Assembly (NCBI GenBank): GCA_965279035.1
Contig: OZ257142.1
Span: forward strand, 1,504,001 to 1,568,000
Source of the DNA: Bacteroidia bacterium
GTDB lineage: Bacteria > Bacteroidota > Bacteroidia > M30B66
Length of the DNA: 64,000 nucleotides
Direction of reading: 5' to 3'
Positions 19,380-29,003 of the stretch are shown one piece after another (position 1 is the first letter of the stretch; each line of letters opens with the position of its first letter). The notes beneath the pieces were generated by a model. That model saw only the letters and a program-made list of their open reading frames with translations. It was not told the origin of the DNA and ran no database searches. The translations under genes and the position numbers were made by a program.

Positions 19380-19502
19380 TAATTTTATTTAAAGGCATTA
19401 CATAAGTATTGATTATTGAAGTAAGCGATAAATATTGTTGAAGGATAATTCTAATTTTTAACCGCACATAGGGTAGGTAGTTAATAATTCAATTTTATTC
19501 AT

Positions 19503-20186
19503 TTAGAAAAGAACACTACCTGTTAATCCAAATGAATTCCTCATTGTTTTAATATTGACAGAGGCTTTATCATATTCATTCCAAGCAGTCCAATAAAGTG
19601 AATAGTAGGGTGAGATTATAATATGATTCTTCAATTGAACTATATATCCTACTTTCATTCGTATTCCAAAATTAGTAATTGTGCTATAGCGATTATATTT
19701 TTCATTTAATAAATTATATGTAGAACCTTGTCCCATTAAATAAGTCGATACATAGCCAGAAATATGTTCATTTAATAAATGGGAATACTCAAATCCAAAT
19801 TGACAACGAAAATTATTTTTAATGATGCGAAAAGGGTAGAGTGTAAGGCCAAGAATTGATTTATTAATATTTACTTGTGAGTCTGAACCTCCGGGTAATC
19901 CACTATAACTTGCTCTGAAGTTTGCGTTATATTGATCAAAATTTAGGGCTAGATCAATTCTTAACCAATCGATTCGAATGCTATCCATTCCAAGTTCGAT
20001 TGAATATCCAGGCGAGGTTCTTAATCTTTTGAAACCTACTTCCTCGTCTTGATTTCCAACATAGATATGGTTAAAGTTGGCTCCAACACTTAAATTAATA
20101 TTTCTTCCTCTTGAAATTTGTGAGTAACATGGAACTACTAAAAAAGAGCTGAATATTATTAATATGAAGAATATCTGGTATTTCAT
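19503..20186 (-). CDS. Outer-membrane beta-barrel protein (PorT-like)
   Basis: Signal peptide, amphipathic strands and a terminal Phe. Confidence 0.6.
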   Translation of the reverse strand: MKYQIFFILIIFSSFLVVPCYSQISRGRNINLSVGANFNHIYVGNQDEEVGFKRLRTSPGYSIELGMDSIRIDWLRIDLALNFDQYNANFRASYSGLPGGSDSQVNINKSILGLTLYPFRIIKNNFRCQFGFEYSHLLNEHISGYVSTYLMGQGSTYNLLNEKYNRYSTITNFGIRMKVGYIVQLKNHIIISPYYSLYWTAWNEYDKASVNIKTMRNSFGLTGSVLF

Positions 20187-20253
20187 ATTCGAATGAATTA
20201 ATGTAGACGATTATCAAATGTAGTAAAAGAATGAACTAGTTTAGCATTCTGTT

Positions 20254-20313
20254 GCGGCAGGGATAGAGCGGAAAGCCCTACTGGACTTGAAGCGAAAGCC
20301 CGCTCGGCCGCCG
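20254..20313. repeat. GC-rich structured intergenic element (copy B), candidate ncRNA motif
   Basis: GCGGC (20254) can pair with GCCGC (20307-20311). Two GAAA-containing motifs, GCGGAAAGC and GCGAAAGC. Aligns with the reverse complement of 33693-33787. Confidence 0.6.
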
Positions 20314-20324
20314 TAAAAATAAAT

Positions 20325-21194
20325 TTAATTGGAAGGTTCAACATGAATAATAACATGACCTAATTGTGGAATTGTATTTCGTAAATGATCTTTTAGTTGA
20401 TGAGCTAAAGTATGTCCTTCATTGACACTGATTTTACCATTTACCAATGCATGAAGTTCTATATGGTATTGCATGCCTGCTTTGCGAATGAAGCATTTTT
20501 CAGTTCCTACTATTCCATTCACTTTAAGCGATTGTAAACGAATTTCCTTCTTTAAATCTTCATTCAAATGTTCATCCATTATTTCACCTAAAGCTGGACG
20601 GAATATTTTATAACTATTCCAAAGGATAAAACCTGATGCAAAAAGAGCAGCCCAATCGTCGGCCGATTCATTGCCTTTTCCCATAATTAAAGCAATGGAA
20701 ATGCCTATGAATGCTGCAACAGAAGTAATAGCATCGCTACGATGATGCCAAGCGTCTGCTTTCAGTGAACTGCTATTTGTTTCGCGGCTTTTACGAATAA
20801 CCAATTGATAGGAAATTTCTTTCCAAAGAATAATTCCTCCTATAATCCAAAGTGTAAATGGTTCCGGTAATTCATGCGGAGTGCCAATATTCACAATGCT
20901 TTCGTGTGCAATATAAAATGCCGAACTAATTAGAAACCCAACAACTAAAAAGGTAATTAAAGGCTCGATTCGACCATGTCCGTAAGGATGATTTTCATCG
21001 GCTGGACGAGCTGCATATTTGAGTCCGAATAAAACGAGTACGGATGAAAAAATATCCGTAGTTGATTCAATAGCATCAGCAACTAATGCATACGAATTCC
21101 CGAAATAACCACCTGCGCCTTTAATGACGGCCATTGCTGTATTTCCTATAATACTGAACCAGGTTGTTCGAATAGCGGTTTCTTGATGCGACAT
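20325..21194 (-). CDS. Cation diffusion facilitator (FieF-like) transporter
   Basis: 'ALVADAIESTTD', 'DENHPYGHGRIE', 'ADAWHHRSDAITS' and C-terminal 'HVEP'. Confidence 0.93.
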   Translation of the reverse strand: MSHQETAIRTTWFSIIGNTAMAVIKGAGGYFGNSYALVADAIESTTDIFSSVLVLFGLKYAARPADENHPYGHGRIEPLITFLVVGFLISSAFYIAHESIVNIGTPHELPEPFTLWIIGGIILWKEISYQLVIRKSRETNSSSLKADAWHHRSDAITSVAAFIGISIALIMGKGNESADDWAALFASGFILWNSYKIFRPALGEIMDEHLNEDLKKEIRLQSLKVNGIVGTEKCFIRKAGMQYHIELHALVNGKISVNEGHTLAHQLKDHLRNTIPQLGHVIIHVEPSN

Positions 21195-21229
21195 TGGGAG
21201 AATTGAACCGCTTGCAAGTTAAGGAAGAA

Positions 21230-21625
21230 TTAGTCTTGCTTTTTTGTAAATAAAAGTATGCCTATTAGGAAAGCAGTCAGTGCTGTTAATGGTGTCATGA
21301 TCCATTTTTCAGTGCTATTGAGTGAAAGCAAATTCCCCAATGTATTTAATAGAAATAATATAAATATAACCCACAGTCCAATTTTAACTGCTTTATGTGA
21401 AACATTCCACTTTAAAACACTTGCTTTAAGTAATATGATAATTAGAAACAAGATGTTTGAAATAATCGAAAATGCTTCGAAACCAATAAGTTGTTCACGA
21501 TTATGAATTCGTCCGCCCCAAACCATTTCAAATGGAATTACATTTCCTAAAACAAGGAAATGAAATACGAGGGCAGCACTAAAAAGTACTATTAGAATGG
21601 TTGATGCAATTCGTGTTGGTGTCAT
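21230..21625 (-). CDS. Hypothetical membrane protein (~4 TM, 'VWGG' motif)
   Basis: Four hydrophobic segments in a 131-aa ORF. Confidence 0.7.
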   Translation of the reverse strand: MTPTRIASTILIVLFSAALVFHFLVLGNVIPFEMVWGGRIHNREQLIGFEAFSIISNILFLIIILLKASVLKWNVSHKAVKIGLWVIFILFLLNTLGNLLSLNSTEKWIMTPLTALTAFLIGILLFTKKQD

Positions 21626-21647
21626 TTCTTAAATTAATTTAATACTT

Positions 21648-22038
21648 ACCCATTGTGCGGTTGAATTATCAATTTATTTTTTTCATTTCAATCAATGAAT
21701 TATCGCTGTTAATGCTTCTTGTCACTTTATCATTCATGTTTGTCTACGTCGTATTCCTTTCTTGTCTTGACACAAGAAAGGAATCAAAGAAGGTCAAGTC
21801 TGGACGATGCTGCTTACGCTCAAGGCCTTTTTTCGACCATTTTGCAAGGATAAGCTTTTTTCGCATCTATGTCGAAACACACCCTCGCCGCCCAGACATA
21901 GCCACCACACTGATCCGTTTTTAAACCTAATTTTAATTTAAAATAATTTAATTTATATGCATATCATAAGTATTGATTATTAGGGTAAGCGATAAATAGT
22001 GTTGAAGGATAATTCTAATTTTAAACCACACAACTTAT
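21648..22038. mobile_element. MITE copy 2 (391 bp)
   Basis: Left end ACCCATTGTGCGGTT, degenerate right end AACCACACAACTTAT. Perfect 8-bp flanking duplication TAATACTT at 21640-21647 and 22039-22046. Confidence 0.88.
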
Positions 22039-22044
22039 TAATAC

Positions 22045-22701
22045 TTATCTCATCAACAGTATATTCCCGTTTTTAGAAGTTTCTTCCATATTAATAAATT
22101 TATATTTTAATAAATACATATAATTCCCATCTGGGCTATCTTCTTGTTGATTTTTACCATTCCAGAATTCGTTAGGATTAGTAGATTTGAAAACGACGTT
22201 ACCCCATCGATTAAAAACAGATAATTCATATTTTTCAAAAAGGCAAAGTGACTTTATTTCTAAAAAATCATTTTTCCCATCATTATTAGGAGTAATAACT
22301 TTACTTATTTCAACTGCGCATTTTTCTTGTTTCATTAGATTTTGCTTGGATTGACACGAATCAATGTGTATAGTGCGAATTAATGTATCAATACCTAATG
22401 AAGTGTTAATGTGGGCAGTTACTTTATAAGATCCTTTATTAAAGAATGTGTGGGTGGATGTATTTCCAACAGCCTTATTATTAATTCCACTTCTGGGGTC
22501 ATCAAAGTACCAAGCAACAAATTGTCCCGCAATAGGGTTACTAAGAGAGAATTGGATTAAATTCCCTAGACAACTATCAGAATATTGAATTCTGGAAGAT
22601 TGTTGTAATATTGGATTATTCTCAATATGATTATTTCCACTTAGAGAATTTGGGATGAAAGGTAAAAAGCTAAATAGGAGATATAGGAGATGTTTTTGCA
22701 T
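22045..22701 (-). CDS. PKD-like domain plus T9SS type B (gliding motility-associated) C-terminal domain protein
   Basis: 'WYFDDP...HTFFNKGSYKV', then 'ITPNNDGKND', 'FNRWG', 'WNGK', 'PDGNYMY' and 'GNILLMR'. Confidence 0.85.
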   Translation of the reverse strand: MQKHLLYLLFSFLPFIPNSLSGNNHIENNPILQQSSRIQYSDSCLGNLIQFSLSNPIAGQFVAWYFDDPRSGINNKAVGNTSTHTFFNKGSYKVTAHINTSLGIDTLIRTIHIDSCQSKQNLMKQEKCAVEISKVITPNNDGKNDFLEIKSLCLFEKYELSVFNRWGNVVFKSTNPNEFWNGKNQQEDSPDGNYMYLLKYKFINMEETSKNGNILLMR

Positions 22702-22844
22702 TTGAATAAAATCAATTATTTAGAGAATTGAATTTTAGTGCAATTTAATCATTCATATTGGTATTACTTAATTAAAAACCTTACTAAGTGAAATATTAGT
22801 GATTGTTATTTTAAGTAAGGAATGTTACATATTTCATTAATATT

Positions 22845-23348
22845 TTATTTCTGTTGAATTTTAATATCACCAAATACATTCCAAGTTCCATCTGGATTTT
22901 TCAATTTGGATTGTATTTCCCAATGTGTAGGATCCATGAATATGAATAGAGTACTCATAAGTCCTTCGGGATAATCAAATTGAAAATCAATGACTGAATT
23001 TGCCTTTTTCCCAATGCCTAATGTTTTAGAAAATGGTCCTCCAAACTGATCTATCCAATGAGCAATGTATTGTTCTTTTTTACAATCATAACCAATAAAT
23101 ATTTCAGCTGCATAAGCTGGAACATTTGCCGTATCGCTTAAACTGATTTGGAAAAACTGGTGATTTAAAATCCATTTTCCTACGATATAATAATCAACAT
23201 TATCGCCAGCAACAACGCCTTTTCCAATCCATTTTCCTTGTAATTTCTCCAATTGATTATCCACGAAAATAGAATCAAAACAAGGTGTATCTTGAGAATA
23301 GACAGTTGAAAATACACAAAGCGTAAAAATTAAAATGATGAGTTTCAT
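22845..23348 (-). CDS. Exported beta-barrel protein, DUF1579-like
   Basis: Signal peptide, 'LQGKWIGKG' and 'IGYD...YIAHWIDQFG'. Confidence 0.6.
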   Translation of the reverse strand: MKLIILIFTLCVFSTVYSQDTPCFDSIFVDNQLEKLQGKWIGKGVVAGDNVDYYIVGKWILNHQFFQISLSDTANVPAYAAEIFIGYDCKKEQYIAHWIDQFGGPFSKTLGIGKKANSVIDFQFDYPEGLMSTLFIFMDPTHWEIQSKLKNPDGTWNVFGDIKIQQK

Positions 23349-23364
23349 TGTTCAAGCTTATCTA

Positions 23365-24126
23365 TTATTTTTTCATGATTTGAATATCATCCACCCAAAC
23401 TTCCATGTCTGAATCATGCGTATTAGCAGTAATTCCAAACTCAATGCTGCTATACATGCCTTTGGTTCCTTGTTGAAAATAGAGCACATCTTTGGGCAGG
23501 GTTTTCCAGTTGTTTTGATCAATAATTAACACATCATCTTGCCAAACTTTCACATATCCTTTTTTCTTTTGTGATAATTTAGTTTCAAATCGAATGTGAA
23601 CCCATTGATTTCGCGGCATTGGAACGGGTGTTGAATTCAATTGTAAAATATCTGGATTATTGTATTTATGTTCTACGCGAAGTGAACCATCTACCATGGC
23701 TAAACGCATTCCAGGTCCAGCACCAATAGCAGTTTGTTCCTCTAAATCGAGTAAGAATAGCCAATCGGCTGAATCATTTCCTGCAATAAAATACCAGCCT
23801 TCAACTACCAGAATCTCATTTGCCCAAAAAGCCATATTTTGTTTTGCTATACTGGCTTTTGATGCTCCTTGTTCATTTGTTGATTTTGATGCTTTAAAAT
23901 GAATGCTTTTCGATCCTGTGTGTGCAAAACTAGAATCTACTTCAATGGTATTATCCGAATAAGTTAATTGAGTAAAGGACCATTTTACATCATTATCTGG
24001 AAGCATTTGTTCCAAGGTTGAATAGCTTTCAAAATCATCGGAATAGGCGTTTGGACCATCGAATATTTTTTTCTTATTACACGAAATCAGCAACAATCCG
24101 AAAATGAAGAGGAGTATTTTTTTCAT
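23365..24126 (-). CDS. Lipoprotein with a polysaccharide-lyase/ConA-like beta-sandwich
   Basis: Lipobox 'LISC', 'DDFES', 'PRNQWVHI', 'GYVKVWQD' and 'VWVDDI'. Confidence 0.6.
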   Translation of the reverse strand: MKKILLFIFGLLLISCNKKKIFDGPNAYSDDFESYSTLEQMLPDNDVKWSFTQLTYSDNTIEVDSSFAHTGSKSIHFKASKSTNEQGASKASIAKQNMAFWANEILVVEGWYFIAGNDSADWLFLLDLEEQTAIGAGPGMRLAMVDGSLRVEHKYNNPDILQLNSTPVPMPRNQWVHIRFETKLSQKKKGYVKVWQDDVLIIDQNNWKTLPKDVLYFQQGTKGMYSSIEFGITANTHDSDMEVWVDDIQIMKK

Positions 24127-24617
24127 TTTTTAGAGGATAATTGAAGTCCAAACGTAATTCCAACCCAGTGTTGCCATTGAAAATTAATCAAATAGGAAAC
24201 TATGGGTGTATAAGCAAAACGCCAATAATGTCGCTTGTTTTCTGGTTGAAACCGATAACCAAAACTTAATGGCATCATGAAAAACAGGTTTCCTTTGGTT
24301 GTAATAGAAACGGTTTGGCCAATACCTAAATCTAATTTATGAGCAGATTTTCCTAAGCAATGATGAAGCATGAGAGGAAAAACGAGAGCAGTTCCATTGT
24401 TTCGATCGATTGGTGCTAAACTAAATCCAATGCGATAATATAGTTGTGATGCTGGTTTATTGCGAATGGAATTTTCAAAATTGAAAGAAACAATTCCGCC
24501 ACTTCCTGCTAATTCGAAAGAAAGAAAACGATTGTTTTGTCCTGAAATAAAGTTATTCGATAGGAATAAGAACAAAAACAAGGTGAATTGCTTCATGTTA
24601 GATTTCTGAAAATGCAT
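24123..24617 (-). CDS. Hypothetical outer-membrane protein
   Basis: Signal peptide and beta-strand pattern; 4-bp overlap with the downstream lipoprotein gene. Confidence 0.65.
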   Translation of the reverse strand: MHFQKSNMKQFTLFLFLFLSNNFISGQNNRFLSFELAGSGGIVSFNFENSIRNKPASQLYYRIGFSLAPIDRNNGTALVFPLMLHHCLGKSAHKLDLGIGQTVSITTKGNLFFMMPLSFGYRFQPENKRHYWRFAYTPIVSYLINFQWQHWVGITFGLQLSSKK

Positions 24618-24867
24618 TGGTAAAGTACAAATTAATCGATAACAAAATGGCTATTAAAAATATACGTATTGGCTGATTCTTTTAACTGAATGAATTAATC
24701 ACTCATGTTTGAATCAAGGATTTAATGAGAAATTTTAATTGATTTTCTAATCGTTGGATTAATTTGAAAGTATCAAAACACTTCAATGATCGTTTTAACT
24801 TATTTTATCTTATTAATAAAATTGATTTGAAAAGAATATTTTACAATCTTATGATATACAAAGCACC

Positions 24868-25623
24868 TTATGAAACAATATTGGCTTTTATCAATAGGGC
24901 GCTTCCTTGCCAATCGCTAAGTTCTACTATAGATTCTGGAATACCTTTTACAAATTCATCTAGGGCTTTCTTTACCCCAGGCCAAGTATGGTTATAATCA
25001 TGAATCATGATGATGCCTCCCTGTGATAGTTTTGGATAAAAATAATTCAATGCATTTAAGGTTGGTAAATATAAATCGGCATCAAGATGGACAAAAGCGA
25101 ATGTTGTTTTGGGGATTTCACGTGTAGTTTCTGGGAAATAACCTTGATGAAATCGGATATTAGTAGAGGAAGTAAATTTTGATTTCACCTCGCTTAAGTT
25201 AGTATCCGAGAAGTTACCAGAATTGTATTTCGTATCCTGATTATTTTCCTTGATTAAATCATCTGCATGAAATCCCTCAAACGTATCAAATAGATGCAGT
25301 ATACGTGAAGCGTCCATTTCATGTATCATCCTTGCTGTTTCTCCTTTGTATACTCCTAATTCAGCAAAATCACCCGGAATATTTAATTGTTTAAGCCGTT
25401 CAATTTGAAACCAAAAAGTGTAGAATCGGACTTTATCGCGGTAGTTATTCTCTATGTGAATTAATGCAGTACTCACTTGTTTTTTATTCACCGCATCTTC
25501 CCATTTCCATGGTTTACTTAGCTTATATGACCATTTACTTTCTAGGATTTTAAATCCTAGAAAAAAGAAAATTAGGAGTAATAAAATGCTTAAACTTTCG
25601 TAAATACTAATTGATTGAAACAT
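24868..25623 (-). CDS. TylF/MycF/NovP family O-methyltransferase with N-terminal membrane anchor
   Basis: 'GDFAELGVYKG', 'FDTFEGF', 'GYFPET', 'HLDADLY' and 'GGIIMIHDY'. Confidence 0.9.
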   Translation of the reverse strand: MFQSISIYESLSILLLLIFFFLGFKILESKWSYKLSKPWKWEDAVNKKQVSTALIHIENNYRDKVRFYTFWFQIERLKQLNIPGDFAELGVYKGETARMIHEMDASRILHLFDTFEGFHADDLIKENNQDTKYNSGNFSDTNLSEVKSKFTSSTNIRFHQGYFPETTREIPKTTFAFVHLDADLYLPTLNALNYFYPKLSQGGIIMIHDYNHTWPGVKKALDEFVKGIPESIVELSDWQGSALLIKANIVS

Positions 25624-25662
25624 TCCGGCTATCCATTTATTGATTTCTTATTTTCCAATGTT

Positions 25663-26418
25663 TTATTTCAATTCTTCTTTCGATTTATTTATCCACGTTA
25701 TACTGTGTGATTTTTCTTTTCTATTCATTTGTTCCGCCTCATCAACAATTTGTTGAAATTGCTTTTGAGCTTGTTCCATGCGATTGTTACGTTTCAAAAA
25801 CTCTCCAAATAAATACCGTGCTTCATAATTCGAAAAACGGTGATTCATTGCCGAAAATTGCTTTTCAGCAGCTTCGATATTTCCAATTTTTTCAAGCGCT
25901 TGTGCATAAACCAAGCTTCCTGTTGTACTCGAAAAATGGGCATTGTTCTTTATCTTTTCTGCTAATTTTACAACATCTTCGTAACGCCCAACCGAAAAAT
26001 AAGCTTTCATCAATTGAATTACTACATGCTCATTATCTTCAAATACTCCAGTTAATCCCGATTCATAAAGTTCGATTGCTTCCTCAAATAGTTGTTTATT
26101 TAAATATGCATCAGCTAAAACAATACGATTGGTAAACGTATCTGAAAAACGAAATTTCTTTTCTAAATCTCGAATTCGTCCTCCTGGATTTATGAGTTGA
26201 CCTACATTATTTTGAACCTTATTTACATGCCTTTTTTGGATGATTTCGGTAAAAAAATAGGCAATACTTCCAATGAGTGGGAGGAAGACAATTAACCAAA
26301 TCCATTTTTGTAACAAGCCATTTCTTAGCGCATGAATGACACATACTGCTTGAAACACAATGATCAAGTAATAATACCCGTAAAAAACTTCGAACACGCT
26401 TTTTAAATTAATGTGCAA
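25663..26418 (-). CDS. Membrane-anchored TPR protein (COG4700-like)
   Basis: Two N-terminal TM helices ('WIWLIVFLPLIGSIAYF') followed by TPR helices. Confidence 0.75.
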   Translation of the reverse strand: MHINLKSVFEVFYGYYYLIIVFQAVCVIHALRNGLLQKWIWLIVFLPLIGSIAYFFTEIIQKRHVNKVQNNVGQLINPGGRIRDLEKKFRFSDTFTNRIVLADAYLNKQLFEEAIELYESGLTGVFEDNEHVVIQLMKAYFSVGRYEDVVKLAEKIKNNAHFSSTTGSLVYAQALEKIGNIEAAEKQFSAMNHRFSNYEARYLFGEFLKRNNRMEQAQKQFQQIVDEAEQMNRKEKSHSITWINKSKEELK

Positions 26419-26473
26419 ACTTAATCATTAGAATCTTCTATGCTTCAAATGAATAATTAAAACTATTTCTTAT

Positions 26474-26875
26474 TCATCGGTTTTCGAAAAACTCAGTCAT
26501 TGGTTCCCAATAAAAATCATCCCAACCTTTTTCTAAAGATGAAACTTTGTGCTCAGGTATATCAGTTTGTTTGAACTGCATGCGGGTGCCTTCTCCCTCT
26601 TTTTCAAAATTAAATTCACAACGCGAAAAATGATCATCTGGCCATCCATCTTCTTCAAAATGCCATTCTTGAACTATCTTTTTTCCCGGTACTAACTCAA
26701 GATTTCTTCCATGAACATAGCCATCAAACGCACTAAACTTCCCATGTATTTCTTTGCTCATTTTTACTTCTGAACCAGTAAATTCAGCATGTTTTGCTTC
26801 ATCCATCAGGGCTTCATAAACATCTTGCGGTTGTGCTGGAAAGTAAATAGATTGTTCAATTGATCCGGTTTTCAT
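26474..26875 (-). CDS. SRPBCC/AHSA1 domain protein
   Basis: 'VYEALMD', 'GKFSAFDG', 'LVPGKKIVQEW' and 'GWDDFYWEP'. Confidence 0.88.
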   Translation of the reverse strand: MKTGSIEQSIYFPAQPQDVYEALMDEAKHAEFTGSEVKMSKEIHGKFSAFDGYVHGRNLELVPGKKIVQEWHFEEDGWPDDHFSRCEFNFEKEGEGTRMQFKQTDIPEHKVSSLEKGWDDFYWEPMTEFFENR

Positions 26876-27221
26876 AGCAGGTGAATTTTGATTTAATACT
26901 ACAAAATAATTCTATTATCCAAGATGATTTTTGAATTTCGTCCTATTCATTTACTAATAAAAATCGCTCAAATTTTAATTTCTTCGTTTGATTCAAATGA
27001 AGAAATTGACTGTTTTTTATGCAATTATTTCTTAATCAAATACCTAATCCTTTCTCATTTCAATGATTCCTATTTTTTCTACTTAATTCGTTTCGTTTAG
27101 ATGTTGGTTATTAAAAAACTCTTATTATTACGAACTAGTTACTGATCCTTTTCAACTTCGATTCTCAAACATCTTGGTTAAAAATCAACAACTAAATTGA
27201 AGCTAATATCCTAACAAATAC

Positions 27222-29003
27222 ATGGAGCCAACCAACATCAAGGACCCTGAATACTTTCATAAAGTAGTTGATTGTCAATACGCTTGTCCTGCTCATACTC
27301 CCGTTCCCGAATACATCCGTCTCATCGCCCAAGAAAAATACGATGAAGCCTACATTGTAAACTGGGATTCCAATGTGTTTCCTGGTGTGCTCGGTCGTAC
27401 CTGCGATCGCCCTTGTGAGCCAGCCTGTCGTCGCGGTCGAGTAGAGGAGGAGCCTGTTGCTATTTGTCGCCTCAAACGTGTAGCCGCCGATAATAAAGGC
27501 AACGTAAAAAATTTAATGCCTCAAGGTCCTTTCAAACCGAATGGTAAAAAAATCGCCCTAATCGGCGCTGGACCAGCTTCTCTTACTGTTAGTCGTGACC
27601 TAGCTCCACTTGGATACGAAATTCACCTCTACGATGAGCAAAAACTCGGTGGTGGTTTCATGCGTAGCCAAATTCCATCTTTCCGACTTCCCGAAACAGT
27701 TCTCAATGAAGAGGTAAATTATATTCTCGATTTGGGAATTCACACGCATTTCAATCATTATGTTTCAAGCTTGAAAGAGCTTCTATCAAAGGATTATGAT
27801 GCCGTTTTCATCGGTTCTGGAGCACCTAAAGGACGCGATCTACCTGAATTACCCGGTAGGACAGAAGGCGATTCCAATATTCACATTGGGATAAATTGGC
27901 TTGCAAGTGTAGCTTTTGAACACACATCTAAAATTGGAAAGAAAGTTATCGTTCTCGGTGGTGGAAATACTGCCATGGATTGCTGTCGTACTGCTCGTCG
28001 TTTAGGTGGAGAAGAAGTGAAAGTGGTTGTTCGTAGCCCATTTGCTGATATGAAAGCTTCTCCTTGGGAGAAAGAAGATGCGCAACACGAAGACATTCCT
28101 ATCATCGATAATCACGTACCTAAAAGTTTCGTGGTTGAGCAAGGTGTATTAAAGGGAATGATGTTCAGCAAAGTGCATCCAGTGTTCGAAAATGGAAAAC
28201 GTAAACTCGTTCCAACGGGCGAAGCAGATGTATTTATTGAAGCCGATGATGTACTCGTTGCAATTGGACAAGAAAATAGTTTTCCTTGGTTAGAACGTGA
28301 TTTAGGTGTTGAGTTTGACGAATGGAATATGCCTATCGTGAACGAAACAACTTTCGTTTCTACAAACCCAAAAGTGTTCTTCGGTGGTGATGCTGCTTGG
28401 GGACCTAAAAATGTCATTACAGCCGTAGCACACGGACATCAAGCGGCCATTTCAATTGATCTTTTCTGTCGCAATGAAGCATTAACCAATCGACCTTCAC
28501 CATACGTAAATCTCGTTAGTCAGAAAATGGGATTGCACGAATGGGCGTATGAAAGTGAAGTAGTAAATGATGTCCGATACATTGTTCCTCAAGCGGATAA
28601 GAAGTTAACACTTCCCGATCGTAAAAAGGAAGTAGAACTTGGATTTAGCAAACTAGATGGTTACAAAGAAGCACAACGTTGTTTGAATTGTGATGTTCAA
28701 ACTGTTTTCATCGAATCAAAATGCATCGAATGTGATGCCTGCATGGATATTTGTCCAACATCCTGCATCACTTTCGTTGAAAATGATGATGAAACCGATT
28801 TGCGTGCTAGTTTGAAAATGCCAGCCAATAATTTGAGTCAAGATATTTATGTGTCCGAACCGCTTAAAACAACCCGCGTTATGGTGAAGGACGAGAATGT
28901 GTGTCTGCATTGTGGACTATGTGCCGAACGTTGTCCAACTTCAGCTTGGGACATGCAGAAATTCTTTTTTAACGTTACAAAAGCTCATACAGGATGTCTG
29001 TAA
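27222..29003 (+). CDS. GltD-like FAD/NAD(P) oxidoreductase with C-terminal 4Fe-4S ferredoxin domains (KorC-like)
   Basis: 'CQYACPAH', 'GRTCDRPCEPAC', 'IGAGPA', 'GGGNTAMDC' and 'GGDA', plus two CxxCxxCxxxCP motifs. Overlaps korA. Confidence 0.88.
   Translation: MEPTNIKDPEYFHKVVDCQYACPAHTPVPEYIRLIAQEKYDEAYIVNWDSNVFPGVLGRTCDRPCEPACRRGRVEEEPVAICRLKRVAADNKGNVKNLMPQGPFKPNGKKIALIGAGPASLTVSRDLAPLGYEIHLYDEQKLGGGFMRSQIPSFRLPETVLNEEVNYILDLGIHTHFNHYVSSLKELLSKDYDAVFIGSGAPKGRDLPELPGRTEGDSNIHIGINWLASVAFEHTSKIGKKVIVLGGGNTAMDCCRTARRLGGEEVKVVVRSPFADMKASPWEKEDAQHEDIPIIDNHVPKSFVVEQGVLKGMMFSKVHPVFENGKRKLVPTGEADVFIEADDVLVAIGQENSFPWLERDLGVEFDEWNMPIVNETTFVSTNPKVFFGGDAAWGPKNVITAVAHGHQAAISIDLFCRNEALTNRPSPYVNLVSQKMGLHEWAYESEVVNDVRYIVPQADKKLTLPDRKKEVELGFSKLDGYKEAQRCLNCDVQTVFIESKCIECDACMDICPTSCITFVENDDETDLRASLKMPANNLSQDIYVSEPLKTTRVMVKDENVCLHCGLCAERCPTSAWDMQKFFFNVTKAHTGCL

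Larger units (their letters stand above)
18064..19474. mobile_element. MITE copy 1, interrupted by IS1595
   Basis: Left end ACCTGTTGTGCGGTTGAATTAT, right end TTTAACCGCACATAGGGT. The body aligns with 21648-22038 and 55634-56065. No clean target duplication (AAGATATT vs AGGTAGTT). Confidence 0.85.

Noticed and set aside
21655-21924. ORFs inside the MITE copies (also 55697-55894)
   Set aside because: Frames and lengths are not conserved between copies, so they are chance ORFs.
24868-25623. TylF methyltransferase as a sign of an antibiotic gene cluster
   Set aside because: No PKS, NRPS or sugar-pathway genes nearby; stand-alone TylF homologues are common.
19503-26875. Run of short co-oriented genes as an integron cassette array
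   Set aside because: No recurring attC-like sites between the genes, some genes overlap, and the recombinase shows no evident IntI-specific insertion.
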